In this document: positions 1 through 16,737 of the stretch, one piece after another
Layout: each line of letters begins with the position of its first letter
Numbering within the stretch: the first letter of the stretch is position 1
Program-made: the position numbers and the translations under genes
DNA from: Eledone cirrhosa
Taxonomy: Eukaryota
Assembly (NCBI GenBank): GCA_964016885.1
Contig: CAXHJY010001584.1
Location: forward strand, 1-64,000
Length of the DNA stretch: 64,000 bases
Direction of reading: 5' to 3'
The notes under the pieces: model-generated
The model's input: only the letters and a program-made list of their open reading frames with translations
Told to the model about the DNA's origin: nothing
Databases searched by the model: none

Positions 1-38
1 TTCGGAGACATATCCGTGTGTAGGAGGTTTATCGATAA

Positions 39-952
39 CTAGCAGTAAAGCCCGGCGTTGCTCGAGCTGCTCAGTAGCTGTCTTAAAGTTACAATGTTAA
101 GTTCATTTCTTGGCTTAAAAACTGTAGAGTCTACAGTGTAGACTTTCATGTGGTACTTTTGATTAATATTCCCTCAACCAACAGTATGCCTTATGAAGTT
201 CAGAAAACATAACCCGAATCTTAAAACAAAAGAGGATGCTGGGGATAAAAACTGCACTGGTAATCTATTAACAAAAATCGAAAATGTAAACACTGCAACA
301 CTTGTCTCAGAGAAAAACATCAGCGTAACAAAACTATCAGTTATTTTGAAACAAAGCAATTGGATGGACATGAAAAACAAAACAAAAAATGCGTTATCTG
401 TCTGTCGTTTAAAATCATTGCTTCTAAATGAAAATCTCATAAGGCTTTATTCGAGATCAATGCTTTTTTTTACAAAATATTTGCTTGTTTTACGGTGTAT
501 TCAAATAGGTTTGTTTTCAAGTAAAAATATTGTTTTAAAAGACTTTTTAATGGAAATGAAGCAAAATGGAAGCTTAATGCTGAAATTTCGAACTTTTGCA
601 GGTTAAAAATCTGGTGGCCCGAAAGTTGTTCGTGTATTTTTGTACTTTTGCACGCGTCGTTTATTCGTAACGTAAATAGATAGACAGAATGACGCCATAA
701 AAGGGAAATAACTCGTCTCTCATCTCTATTTATACATTTGAACTGAAAAATCAATACATTATAAATTTTATTTTTGCACTTGGCGTGGGTCGATTTGAAA
801 ATTCTTTTGACCGATGTCTCCGCTGGACCTTCATCTATAAGTGTAGCAATTTCACCGAAATTTGAACGTACAGTTTAGGAGGAGATGTGTGCCGACCATT
901 TTAGTAGACAGACAGACAGACAGACAGGCAACCTTAATTTTATATATAGAGA
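39..952 (-). mobile_element. Non-autonomous Helitron-type element
   Basis: On the minus strand it starts A|TC (952) followed by (TA)n and (CTGT)n, and ends with a GC-rich hairpin (51-66) then CTAG|T (39-42). A related copy lies at 51001-51649. Confidence 0.75.
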
Positions 953-1042
953 TTTCTTGGGGGAATTTGTCGTAGGACATTTTGAATTTTATGGTATCAA
1001 TTTTTGTTCTGATGTGTTTTGGGTATGATATTAAAAAGATTG

Positions 1043-1359
<317 letters not shown>

Positions 1360-2359
1360 GGTCGTAAGAGGTAGACCCTCCACCATAACCTCTATGGCAA
1401 AAAAGACTCCCATGGGAAGGTGGATTGGGTGGACCAAAGCTATACGGACCCCCCAAAACAATGATCAGGTAAGAAAAATGGTCGCACATACAATAGGGGC
1501 TAGTATCAAAACTGCCCTAAAGGGCCACATATTTAAGTTCAATGAGAAAATCTACACCCAAAATGAGGGAGCAGCCATCGGCGTCAGCATAGCTGGTGAT
1601 GTTGCCAACCTTTTCATGGTATGGTGGGAAAGGAGACTTAAAGATCTCCTTAATGAAAGCTCCATAGACCTCATCATGTACTCTCGTTATGTAGACGATA
1701 TCAATATAGTTATAAGAACACCCCCACTAGAGAGCACTAACAAATTTGATTTAGAACGTAGCACGATGGAAAGCATCCAGCAGATAGCTAATTCCATACA
1801 CCAGAGTATAACTGTAACTATCGACTTCCCTTCCAAACACCCTAACAATAGACTACCTGTATTAGACACAGAACTCTGGATTAACACTATAGACGAGAGA
1901 GCCCAAATTCTCCACTCACACTATGCTAAACCCATGGCCTCCAAATACCTGATACTCAAAAACTCAGCAATGTCCAGTAGTGCTAAGTTTAATATTCTGA
2001 TCGCAGATTTGGTACGAGTGATGAAGAATGTGTCTAGCATGTGCGACCCAACAGAAATGGAAGGACACATCCAACACTTCATCAACCGCATGCAGTTCTC
2101 TGGCTACAACCAAAGAGACAGAGTCAGAGTATACGAAGGAGCCATGGAAAAGTATAAGACCCTCATAGAACTGGACATGAAAGGAATTTGCCCATTATAC
2201 AGGAGCAAATCATGGAATAGCTTAGATAGGGCTAGACATAAGATAGGGAAAGTCACATCAGGGTACGACAACCAGAGATACCAGAGTGTCATGTTTGTGG
2301 ACGCCACCCCTGGAGGGAAATTAGCTAGCCAGTATAGAAAGGCCCTGAGAAAGACCCAC
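1360..2359 (+). pseudogene. Penelope-like reverse transcriptase fragment, truncated at both ends
   Basis: Within ORF 1340-2404: YTQNEGAAIGVSIAGDVANLFM, YSRYVDDI, LPVLDTELW, HYAKPMAS, FVDATPGGKLA. It breaks off at a TA run before any endonuclease domain. Confidence 0.88.
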
Positions 2360-2401
2360 TATATATATGTGTTTGTGTCTATATTGTATCTGTATTATTT
2401 T

Positions 2402-2560
2402 TGACGCCATGCTTTCCAGCATAGTTACGTCCCTTTACGATCTGAGTTCAAATCCCGCTGAGGTTGACTTTGCCTTTCATCCTTACGGGGTCGATAAAAT
2501 AAAGTACCAGTAATGCACTGGGTAATTGCTGGCCTTGTGCCTAAAGTAGAAACAATTATT
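2402..2560 (+). mobile_element. tRNA-derived SINE, family 1
   Basis: B-box-like GAGTTCAAATCCC, central GCCTTTCATCCTTACGGGGTCGATAAAATAAAGTACCAG and tail AAAGTAGAAACAATT. Multiple copies occur in the window. Confidence 0.8.
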
Positions 2561-2712
2561 TTTGACCGTCGGTCAGTCAATGGCAACATTGAGGACCGAG
2601 TAAGTTAGATTACAGATATAAAAGACAGCGAGAAGCGAAAACCAACCAAACAGTGAGTGTGTTCTGTTATTAATTCTGACAATATTACACAAATATGACC
2701 CTCCCCAAGTAT

Positions 2713-2786
<74 letters not shown>

Positions 2787-3988
2787 CGATTAAGGGTATT
2801 TATCATTTATTTCAATTTACAGAAAAATTCGTATTTACATGCCTGCATATTAAAACAATATATATTTATCGACACGCTGGTGCAGTTTCGACAACCCGCT
2901 CTGTATATACAGATAGAGCTTTATAGCACAATTCGGCTGCTAGTGCACTTAATAAATAGATATATATGCATACATACATGTGGGAGTGGGGTGGGGGGGT
3001 TTGTGTGTGTGCGTGTGTATGTGTGTGTGTGTGTGTGTGTGTGCGTGTGCGTGCGCGCGCGTGTGTGTGTGTGTGTGTGCGTGTGTGTGTGTGTCGTTTG
3101 TTTACTTCCCTATACAGTTCAACAATAACATTAAAAAGAATCAGGGAAATAACTCTGTAATAACTCTTTAAAAACAACATGTAAGAAGAGTTTTCTCCCT
3201 TATTTTGACTGCAGAGAAAATCGAGATAAAAAATTACATGTTGCAACCGTCTTTCTTGGCGTAGAAAGAATAAATCCATTTTATTCAGGTGCTTCTTTGT
3301 GTGTGCAAGTAATAAATGTATGTAATAATTTTTTTAATATAGATATATTAGGCACATGTATGAACTGGTAGGTTAAGGGTAAATGTATATGTTTATATAT
3401 ACCTTGGAACGTTATATACTTTCTTTCACATAGAGACCAGAGTCCCAACATTCGTTACTAATATGTATGGGTATATAAATATCAACGACCAAAGAAACAT
3501 ACACTCATACACACATGCACTCACACAAACATACACACATACATTCAAACAAACACATACACACACACACACACATACATAAATAATACATTTATATGTA
3601 TGAGTATATAAATATAAACGCGCAAACACATACACTCACACAAACACACACATACACACACACACACAAACACACAAGTGTAGTTAATCTTGAAACGTTC
3701 GCTGCTATAGCGTTTCACCATCCTCTTCCTCCTTCAATCATTACATAAATGTGTGTGTATGTAATAATTATTTCGTATAATGTGTCTATTTATGAATATG
3801 TTTGTGTAGATGCGTGTGCGAGTGTGTGTGTGCATTCGTGCGTGTGTGTTTGTTTGTACTTTTGTGTCTGTGTGTCTGTTTATGTATTTATATGTAGATG
3901 TATGTGTATGTATCTAAAGCGTAACGTACACACGAAACGAATGGGCGAACACCAAAAATTATAAGATAAAAACCTTACCTATATATAT

Positions 3989-4279
3989 CTATCTATCTAT
4001 CTAAGGCGGGTAAAATTCCCGAGATCCATGGACGAGTTCTCTCCAGCGGTCTCTGTCCCTCATTATCGCTGCCATATCCTGCATCTCCAACAGACCAGTG
4101 TCTGTCCTTAGGGCATCAACATATGTTAACCTTGGTCTTCCTCTTCTAGTGTGTCCATGTAGGGCCTCCCAAAGGAGCACTGAGTGCAATGTCAACTCTG
4201 GATGTCGGTGAGCATGTCCAGCCAACCTCAGTCTCCTCTGTGTCACTTTTGAGCTGACTTTTGGGATGCTCCCATATTT
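3989..4279 (-). mobile_element. RTE-clade LINE 3' fragment with 17-bp target-site duplication
   Basis: Encodes QRRLRLAGHAHRHPE...GRPRLTYVDALRTDTG...DRDRWR and has an (ATAG)n tail. ACCTTACCTATATATAT is duplicated at 3972-3988 and 4280-4296. Confidence 0.8.
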
Positions 4280-4299
4280 ACCTTACCTATATATATAGG

Positions 4300-4643
4300 T
4301 AAGGTAAAGCCCCCCATCGGTCACAAAAGGCCATGGGATTTGCGCCTAGAAAGTTCCCCCTCCGCGGCACAAGCCTGGGACAAACTTATTTATGGATGAC
4401 TAGCAGTCCATGCATACCAGTCCCACCTCCTCTCCACTTCATCAATGTTGTCCAGGGGAAAGGCAATGGCCGATACAGCCTGGTTCTAGTGACGTCGCAA
4501 CTCATTTCTATAGCTGAGTAAACTGGAGCAACGTGAAATAAAGTGTCTCACTCAAGACACAACGCATAATAACCCAGTTCGAGAATGGAACTCACAACCT
4601 CATGATTGCAAGCCCAACGCTCTGACCACTATGTCATGCGCCT
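4300..4643 (-). mobile_element. tRNA-derived SINE, family 2 variant
   Basis: Carries the ACTGGAGCAACGTGAAATAAAGTGTCT segment shared with 10320-10370, 15120-15235 and 49935-50025, with a tRNA-like head near 4570-4640. Confidence 0.65.
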
Positions 4644-4701
4644 TTATATATATATACATATATATACATATATACATATATATATATATTTATATATATA
4701 T

Positions 4702-4751
<50 letters not shown>

Positions 4752-4870
4752 ATATATACATATATATACATATATATATACATATATATATATACATATA
4801 CATATATATATATACATATACATATATATATATACATATATATATATATGTATCTATATATATATGTATG

Positions 4871-4963
<93 letters not shown>

Positions 4964-5205
4964 GTATGTATGTATATATATATATGTATATATATATAGA
5001 GTTTATATTCATAGAGATCTGGGACTTGTCTATTTCTACTCACTTTCCGTTGCTTAAACCCTTTTGTTGTTACTCTAGCGTCCCCCTTTATTTACGTGTC
5101 CCAACGACTTTTTTTAGCCGTTGTTCGCACCAACCTGAGGCATATGGCCCTTAAAGCGATGAAATGCCGAGGACGGTTGGAGGGTCACTGATGAAGGACT
5201 CACTT

Positions 5206-5381
<176 letters not shown>

Positions 5382-5752
5382 ATGTATATATATATTTCTG
5401 CTGACGAACGAAATCCAACCGTGACCATCTCCACTGAAAGTGTTCGTGAAATAGTCTTTTCAAGACTATACAGAGCATTTGAAGTTGTCCCAAATTGAAG
5501 GTTGAGTACTTTAGACTTTGTTTTATCATGAGTTAAGGCTCTATTGATTTTTCCCTGGATTTCTCTAAATTCTGTTGGATAAATCTATATCCTGATTCCT
5601 TTTGAATTGAGTCTGAATTATTTTTCCCATATCTTATGTTAACTATTTATCCCATCTTGACGCTATAGTCGCATATATGTTATGGAATACTGTTAGCTTC
5701 TCGCTACAACAATTTCTATACTTTTCATTTATATATATATATATATATATAG

Positions 5753-5808
<56 letters not shown>

Positions 5809-5880
5809 ATGTAACAGCCGTACTAAGAGTGAGAAATGAAATTTCGTATCATTTTTTTCCATTTATATATATATATATAT

Positions 5881-5929
5881 GATTCCTGATGATTTCTAAA
5901 GAATGAAACAGTTCTAGTCCTGTAGAATC
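5881..5929 (+). ncRNA. Type I hammerhead ribozyme between (TA)n tracts
   Basis: GAUUC CUGAUGA uUUCU aa AGAAu GAAA CAG uucuaguc CUG UA GAAUC: canonical core, three stems and a GUA cleavage triplet. Partial copies lie at 22521-22555 (+) and 36072-36119 (-). Confidence 0.8.
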
Positions 5930-5959
5930 TCATCTATATATATATATATATAGTGTATA

Positions 5960-6205
5960 GAGGAGACTGGGGTTAGCTGGACATGCTCACCGACATCCAG
6001 AGTTGGCACTGCACTCAGTGCTCCTGTGGGAGCCCCTGCATGGACACACTGTAAGAGGAAGACCGAAGTTAACATATGTTGATGCCCTAAGGACAGACAC
6101 TGGTCTGTTGGAGACGCAGGACATGGCAGCGATAATGAGGGACAGAGACCGCTGGAGAGAACTCGTCCATGGATACGGGAATTTTACCCGCCCTAGATAG
6201 AGATA
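5960..6205 (+). mobile_element. RTE-clade LINE 3' fragment (same family as 3989-4279)
   Basis: Encodes LAGHAHRHPE..LHSVLLWEPLHGH..RGRPKLTYVDALRTDTG and is closely similar to the minus-strand copy. Confidence 0.8.
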
Positions 6206-6228
6206 GTGTATGAGAGAGAGAGTGTGCG

Positions 6229-6261
<33 letters not shown>

Positions 6262-6316
6262 GAGGGAGAGAGAGAGAGAGAGAGAGTGAGTGAGAGAGAG
6301 ATTATATATATATATT

Positions 6317-7197
<881 letters not shown>

Positions 7198-7264
7198 GAA
7201 AGACGTAAAATAAGAAAATTATAAAAATTAACTTACTTACTAAAATTTATTTACTAAAATTCTT

Positions 7265-7295
<31 letters not shown>

Positions 7296-7307
7296 GGTAT
7301 TTTTTTG

Positions 7308-7796
<489 letters not shown>

Positions 7797-7811
7797 TATA
7801 TATATATATAT

Positions 7812-8000
7812 TATATAACAAAGGAATTGCGGTAAGGAACCAGATGGACCATAACGCACCAGAGTACTCAATACTTAGGGTAGTAGAGTGGGAAATAGGA
7901 AAAAGTATGACCCCGACGGCAGAGCTCAAGCCGTTTCAACGACTATTTCTGGACTCGAAGCGGCTTGAGTTCTGCCGTCGAGGTCATACTTTTTCCTATA
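7812..8000. repeat. Head-to-head palindromic insertion in (TA)n
   Basis: Arms 7895-7937 and 7957-7999. Same family as 9829-10029 and 53200-54597, containing the 3' half of an HHR (GAAA-stem III-UC). Confidence 0.8.
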
Positions 8001-8415
8001 TATATTATATATATATATATATAAGTATAACATTAAGACAGATGCTAATTGACACATCAATCACGCCTCGCTCCACAAATTGTAAACACAGTAGTTGGAA
8101 GGGCCCTTTTAGGAACTCGTATGCTTGCCGGGCACACAAGAAGAAAAACATGTTTTTGCCTGCAGCATATCTCATAAAAGAATATTCATCGGAGGAAATC
8201 GCTCCCATACCAGCAACAACTGCAAATACTGTATCTTGGATTGCATAAGGGAAGCCATGTAAATAATTATAATGAATAAACGCCTTATGTAATCTCAGCA
8301 TTTTTCTTAATGTTATTCTTATACTGAATCTCCATCGTAACTATACACTACGAATGTAGAGAGCTTTCTACTGCTTTTACCAAAACAATTTTTTTACTGA
8401 ACATTATATATATGA

Positions 8416-8593
8416 ATTGGCAGTATCGGTAGAGGGTTGGACGCCATGCTTTCTAGCATAGTTACGTCTCTTTGCAGTCTGAGTTCAAATCCCTCCGAGG
8501 TTAACTTTACCTTTCATCCTTACGGGGTCGATAAAATAAAGTACCAGTAATGTACTGGGTAATTGCTGGCCTTGTGCCTAAAGTAGAAACAAT

Positions 8594-8596
<3 letters not shown>
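8416..8596 (+). mobile_element. tRNA-derived SINE, family 1
   Basis: A-box-like TGGCAGTATCGG, B-box GAGTTCAAATC, and the same core and tail as 2402-2560. Confidence 0.8.
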
Positions 8597-8624
<28 letters not shown>

Positions 8625-8625
<1 letters not shown>

Positions 8626-8882
8626 GAGGCACGTAGCCTATGGTAAGACTGTTGGACTTACGATCATAATGTTATGGGTTCGATTCCTGGATTGCATGTT
8701 GTGTTCTTGAGCAAAACACTTCATTTTACGTTGCTCCAGTGAAAATGAGTACCAGCAATAGCTGTAAGTTTAACAAGCGTCTTGTCCAATGGGGGGGGGG
8801 GTCTTGTACTCTCAGTCGCTTCACGCCATGAAACCGGGATAAGCACCGGCCAAATGAGCATTCTGGCTTAAGTCAGACTTTA
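8625..8882 (+). mobile_element. tRNA-derived SINE, family 2
   Basis: GGAGGCACGTAGCCTATGGTAAG...GGTTCGATTCC head followed by the GTGTTCTTGAGCAAAACACTT core. Confidence 0.75.
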
Positions 8883-8905
8883 GATATATATGTATATATA
8901 CATAC

Positions 8906-8951
<46 letters not shown>

Positions 8952-9013
8952 GTATAAAAGAGACTGGGTTTCTTAACCAAAAACTGGATCACAATAAGCA
9001 ATTTTTTGCCTCT

Positions 9014-9074
<61 letters not shown>

Positions 9075-9081
9075 TATATAT

Positions 9082-9274
<193 letters not shown>

Positions 9275-9828
9275 CAAAACAGGGGCGCAGAGGACAAAGA
9301 TAATGGAAAAGAAGGACAACAGGAAAATGGATAGGTGCATCTCCTCAGCCAACCTCTGGAAATCACTACAGTTTCGGTTATTAAGGTTGATACTATTCAT
9401 TCCAATGCACATTGGGACGTAACAAACCAAGTTGAGACAAATACAAGACAATTTATGCCTTTCGGTGAATTAGACAAATAAAGACAAAAAAGTATCCCTG
9501 GTGCGTCAACTGCCAAATAAAGGCGAGAACGGTGCACGTAGGGTTAGCCAAAGGAGGAAAAATATAGAAAGGAGAGAAATAGAAAAACATAAAAGAATAA
9601 TAAGAAGAATGACGATGTGGCTTAAAAACGGTAAGAAGGGAAAATAGTGGAGGCCGGACCGGGTGGTGTGGCGTCTATTATATAATAGGCATATCATTGC
9701 TTGAGAACGGAATTGTAATCATAGACATAAATGTATATGTACTAGTATAGTACCTCTCAAAATTTGATAGAGAGAACGAGACAGGCAGTCAGACAGACAG
9801 CCAGGTGGTAAATAGGTTTGTAGATAGA

Positions 9829-10025
9829 TATAGGAAAATGTTTGACCCCGACGGCAGAGCTCAAGCCGTTTTGATGGCTATTTCTGGACTACGAGAAATA
9901 GCCATCGAAACGGCTTGAGCTCTGCCGTCGGGGTCAAACATTTTCCTATTACCCACTCTACTACCCTAAGTATTGAGTACTCTGGTGCGTTGTGGTCCAT
10001 CTGGTTCCTTACCACAACTCCTTCG

Positions 10026-10029
<4 letters not shown>
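9829..10029. repeat. Head-to-head palindromic insertion
   Basis: Arms 9830-9885 and 9894-9949. The longer arm continues to CTTCGTTATA at a (TA)n tract. Confidence 0.8.
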
Positions 10030-10061
<32 letters not shown>

Positions 10062-10064
10062 AGG

Positions 10065-10152
<88 letters not shown>

Positions 10153-10857
10153 CCCCTTCGATTATGAATATCCATGGGATTTGCTCCTGGAAAGTTCCCT
10201 CCTTCTGAGGCACATGCCGGGGCAAAGTGTATTTGACCAGCAGTCACCCATGCTTACCAGTCTTCCCTAGACGTGCCACTGATAGTGAAAGGCAAATACC
10301 GATACGCATTTTTTTTCCACCTGAGTGATCTGGAGCAACGCGAAATAAAATGTCTTTCTCATGGAGACATCGCATCTTTCCCCCATCCTCAAATGTTTCG
10401 CCCTCTTTCTTCTGTCTCTTCCTATCTATTAATTTCCCTTCTACATTCTTGACCTCATGTCACCTCCACCTCCTTCGGCCTCGGTCTGATTTTAGCCCCC
10501 TTATTGTCAACATCATGATGCTGTTTTGTATTAGGACTAACATCTGAATTTTTTACTCTCTCTCTCTCTCTATTTCTTCCTGGTTAATTTCTTTCGTGCT
10601 GTACTTCGTTTCATCGCTTTTCGTTTTCAGTTAGAAGCATCTTGGGTTGTACTTAGATTCTGTATTTAGTCACAATAATTCACTCTGTTCTAGTTTACTG
10701 TATATTGTCGTGTTGCAATTCCGTGTACGCTGTAGGTATTGATAATAACTTTAAAGTACGGAAATCATAGTGATTTCCGATAGTTAGCTGACGAGTAAAC
10801 GCGGTGTCCGTATTTTTTCCATATTTTGTCATTGTCGCGTGTGCTCAAATTTTGAAT

Positions 10858-11015
<158 letters not shown>

Positions 11016-11625
11016 CGTGGGTGTGCGTGTGTGAAGCGAAATGTTTGGTTGTTGCTAAAGTGGATGATAAACACGACAAATACCAATAATTCTGGTTAGA
11101 TATATAACTTTACTTCACGTCAGCAAAAAGGAAAAAGAATATGATTACTTCGAATCCTAAATATCAAGTTTGATTGTAGTATTCACAAATGAATATAGTC
11201 TTCAAACAGGCTTCTGCGATGTTCCCTTCAAAGGTGAAAGGTTGTAATCAGACATTACGTACCAGCGTAGATAGTAGTAAGCTCGCAGTGGCAAGAAAGG
11301 TGTATTTTCTATATGAAGAGGCAGATGACTGAGTGTGGTTGAAGTGCCGATTGAAGAATTACTGTCGTGCCTTTGTCGAGAGTAGCCGGAGATTTTTTGT
11401 TGTTACGTGCTACATTTCGCTACTTGCTTGAGCAACTCGAAGTGACCCAAAGTAAACCTCATCTCATTTGACCTCAAGTTGGCCACCCTCTCCAGACCAC
11501 TGACGCTAAAGAGAAATAGTAGCCAAATATCATTCTGGGATCAGTATGAGCCAAGAGATTTCACTGCATATATATGTAACCACTAATCTAAGTAGTACTT
11601 GATGCATAATGGGATGGAGAGTGGG

Positions 11626-12372
<747 letters not shown>

Positions 12373-12458
12373 TGTATGTATGTATGTATGTATGTATGTA
12401 TGTATGTATTATGTATGTATGTATGTATGTGTGTATGTATGTATGTATGTATGTATGT

Positions 12459-13501
12459 ACAACCTGTCTCATGGTCGGGTCGTTGGCGACTAAACTGGCA
12501 ACCCCACCAAGGTTTCTTGGTGAGGAGGGTGACTTTGGACATCCTGCAGGACTAAAAACAAAACCTGTCAAAGGGCAAAGGAGCTCTTAAGAGTCAATGG
12601 CCATCCAAAATCACCGGGAGAGATGACCCCTTAGCCTTTGTCAAGGCAGAATTCTAGGAGAAGGAAAACTCTGATATAACATCTGCAACCCTGATGGTAT
12701 CCAATGATGTTGACTTGTTCTTCTTTTTGGTAAATATCATCTTGGTTAAGAGAGTGGGACTGGCTTTGTGCAGTGCCTTTGCTCACTAGAAAAGCTTCAC
12801 AGCACAGGCATAGGTTTATATCTGAAGATCTCTCTGCACTTGTCGTCACATGGTACCATGGGCCCAGCACTATGTGTCAATAATTGTCACAAGTGTAGTG
12901 TTTGACCAGAGTTTTCAAGTCGCTGGCTGGACTAAAAAGTCACACTCGTTCAGCGCATCGGTAGGGTTTCTCCTACATGGATATAAAGTAGTGGCCGTAC
13001 TCGAAAACGAGTTGGCAGCCACCACCATGTATGTATGTATGTATGGTCAGGTCACTCTCGGGTGCTACTGGTAACATGTAATCCAGTACAACCTGTCTTA
13101 TGGTCGGGTCGTCGGTGACTAAACCGGAAACCCCACCAAGCTTACTTGGTAAGGAGGGTGATATTTTAGATGGGAGTGAAAGGCCCTCAGTTTTTGTCAC
13201 AACACCTTTCTAGGAGAGGGAAACTCTGGAAAAAAAAACCTGCGGCTTCGGAAGCATCCGATGATGTTGACCAGTTCTCCTTTTCAGGTAGTGTTTTCGA
13301 TGCTCATAGAGTGGGATTGGTCGAGTGCAAGGCATTTCCCGACTTAAAAAACCTTCAAAGCACAGGTTCGTGTGGCTGGCCGTAGCCTAAAAGTGAACCA
13401 AACTCTATAATCTGACAAGCGATTGCATTACTCTTAGCAGAGTTTGCAGTCGTCATCTATGTATGTATGTATGTATGTATGTATGTATGTATGTATGTAT
13501 G

Positions 13502-13532
<31 letters not shown>

Positions 13533-14135
13533 TTAGCGGGTTTCTTCACTTTCTGTCTACCACATTTCACTCACAAGGGATTGATGTATGTATGTAGCCT
13601 CACTCTTGAGTGCTACTGGTAACATGTAACCCAGTACAACCTGTCGCATGATCGGGTCGTCGGCGACTAAACCGACAACCCCACCAAGTTTACTTTGTGA
13701 GGAGGGTGATTTTGGACACCCTACAGGACAAAAAACAAAACATGACAAAGGGCGGAAGAACTCATAAGAGTCAACAGCCATCCAAAAGTGTGTAAATATG
13801 TATATACACATGTACCGCGTGGTTAAACCACTGGGAGTGAAGGACCCCTAGCCTTTGTCAGGGCATTCTTCTAGGAGAATGCAACTCAGGAAACTGGGAT
13901 AACTCCGATATAAAACCTGCGGCTCAGTAGTTACGGATGATGTTGATTTTTTCTTCTTTTCCGGTTATAGCTGCTGTCGCTCAGAGAGTGGGATTGGCTC
14001 AGTGCACAATCTTTCCTGACTTTAAAAAATATCTTCACGCACAGGCATTGCACGATGGAATTAATTAATAATTATTAATAATGATATATCGTGCAATGAC
14101 CATACTCGATAATGAGGGGGCAGCCATCATCATGT
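12459..14135 (+). mobile_element. Cluster of three non-autonomous RTE-related elements in (TATG)n
   Basis: Copies at about 12459-13030, 13045-13460 and 13590-14135 share ACAACCTGTC..GGGTCGT.GG.GACTAAAC and a CTAGGAGA(AGGA)AACTC motif that resembles RTE 5' UTR sequence. Each is followed by (TATG)n. Confidence 0.7.
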
Positions 14136-14554
14136 ATGTAATTAGCGGGTTTCTTCACTTTCTGTCTACCACATTTCACTCACAAGGGATTGATCAACAC
14201 TGGGTTATAATAGAAGACACTCACTCAATGAGCCAATCGATGGGATTGAACCCGTTAATCATTAGAACGTCGAACAGAACGTCTCGTGGTATTTGTTCTG
14301 GCTCTCTACAATCTAAGTTCAAATCCTAAAGCTCATTATTATGCCCATAACTATCATTGTCATTATCTATATTTTATTTCATTCTACTTTTTTTCCGTCT
14401 ATTTTTTTATTTGCTTTTATTATTTTCCTACAGAAATAACTGTTTCTCCTTTCTTTATTTTAGTTGTGTGTTGTTTCGTTTGTTGTTTTTTGTTTGCTAT
14501 TTTTGTGAATTACAAAATCTAATTAAAACGTCGTTATGGCAATGTAACATTCTT

Positions 14555-14586
<32 letters not shown>

Positions 14587-14628
14587 GTTATTTTTTTTAA
14601 TGTAAGCACACAAGGTACGTAAATCAAA

Positions 14629-14735
<107 letters not shown>

Positions 14736-15274
14736 CCTAGTCCTTTCGCTTTCTAAGCAGTTTGTATGTTAATTGCAATCATGCGCCGTTTATTAAGAAA
14801 GATGTCTGCTGTACAAATATGGAATCGGTGCTGAAAGAATTTAGTGGATTCTAACATTGGCAAAGGGCCAGGAACTTTCGGATGTGGAAACGGGGAGATG
14901 CATAGTTTATTAAATAGCTCCCGCCGAATAAAAACTTATATGGGAGAAATGTGAATAACTCCGTATGCTGTAGTGAAGGCAACCTGTTTAGAAGAGAAAT
15001 GACTCCAAAAAAATACTTGAACAATAGAGGCGTGGACTCCGTAAGCCGTAATGAAGGCAACATGTCTAAAACGATGCAACCTGGCACCAGTTTCGTCGCA
15101 CCTCATTTTTTGCCTGTTACGTGGACTGGAGCAACATGAAATATAGTATTTTTGTCAAGGATACAATGCGCCACACGGTCATGAAATCGAATTCACGACC
15201 TTATGACTTTGATCTTACAACCCTAACTACTAAGCCGAGAAAGAGAGAGAGTGAGGGGGGGGGAGAGACGGATG

Positions 15275-15332
<58 letters not shown>

Positions 15333-15463
15333 ATGTATTTTCCAACCTTTTAAACTGTGTTTTTCCGGCCTTCTCTCTCCTTGAACTTTACTATTTCCTA
15401 AAGTGTGAATCTAATAAGATTTTGTGTGTTTTGGCATCTCTGTGTTTGTCTTGTTTATACTTG

Positions 15464-15578
<115 letters not shown>

Positions 15579-15713
15579 ATAGAAAAATAATCAAATATAA
15601 ATCTGAAGAAATGTTCGTAGATACCAACATACAAACAAAAACCGTACTATACTTTTAAATAATAAATTTAATACTAATAATAACGAACAGATTAATGATA
15701 CTGATAAATTCTT

Positions 15714-16045
15714 ATGCTGCCTAGTATAAATAATGCTTTATCTAACTACTACAAAATTATATTAACCAGACATCAAAATACTTCCACACCAATATCTAAA
15801 TTCAATTGTAGTGTCCCTGACTCTTACCCACTTAAAGGCAACTGTCTTAAAAATAATGATATATTCAAGTGTGAAGTTTCAATACACAGCACTTATAATT
15901 ACATAAGAGCAACTGCAAATAACATTAAAACCCATTTTTATTCACATTCATTTAAAAATCAAAAATTAAAAACCTACGTCCTTAACTAAATTAATTTGCT
16001 GTCTAAAATGTAGTAGAATAAGATACTCTCTTCAGTGGGATATTA
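15714..16045 (+). pseudogene. Degenerate PLE GIY-YIG endonuclease fragment
   Basis: FNCSVPDSYPLKGNCLKNNDIFKCEV..YNYIRATANNIKT aligns by eye with CNCR..CPLRGYCL..YRC..YIGAT in the 42302-43213 protein. Confidence 0.6.
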
Positions 16046-16049
16046 GTAA

Positions 16050-16650
<601 letters not shown>

Positions 16651-16701
16651 TCTATATATGTATATATATATATATAAAACTGAGGAAGGATGTATGTATT
16701 A

Positions 16702-16737
<36 letters not shown>

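Noticed and set aside
193-606. 137-aa ORF
   Set aside because: It lies inside a non-autonomous Helitron-type element, has no motif and is not conserved in the 51001 copy.
8625-8700. tRNA genes
   Set aside because: The A/B-box heads run into SINE bodies and do not form complete cloverleaves.
13045-13140. HDV-like or twister ribozyme at the 5' end of the RTE-related element
   Set aside because: Hairpins are present (TACTGG/CCAGTA, GTCG/CGAC-like), but I could not build the required nested pseudoknot by eye.
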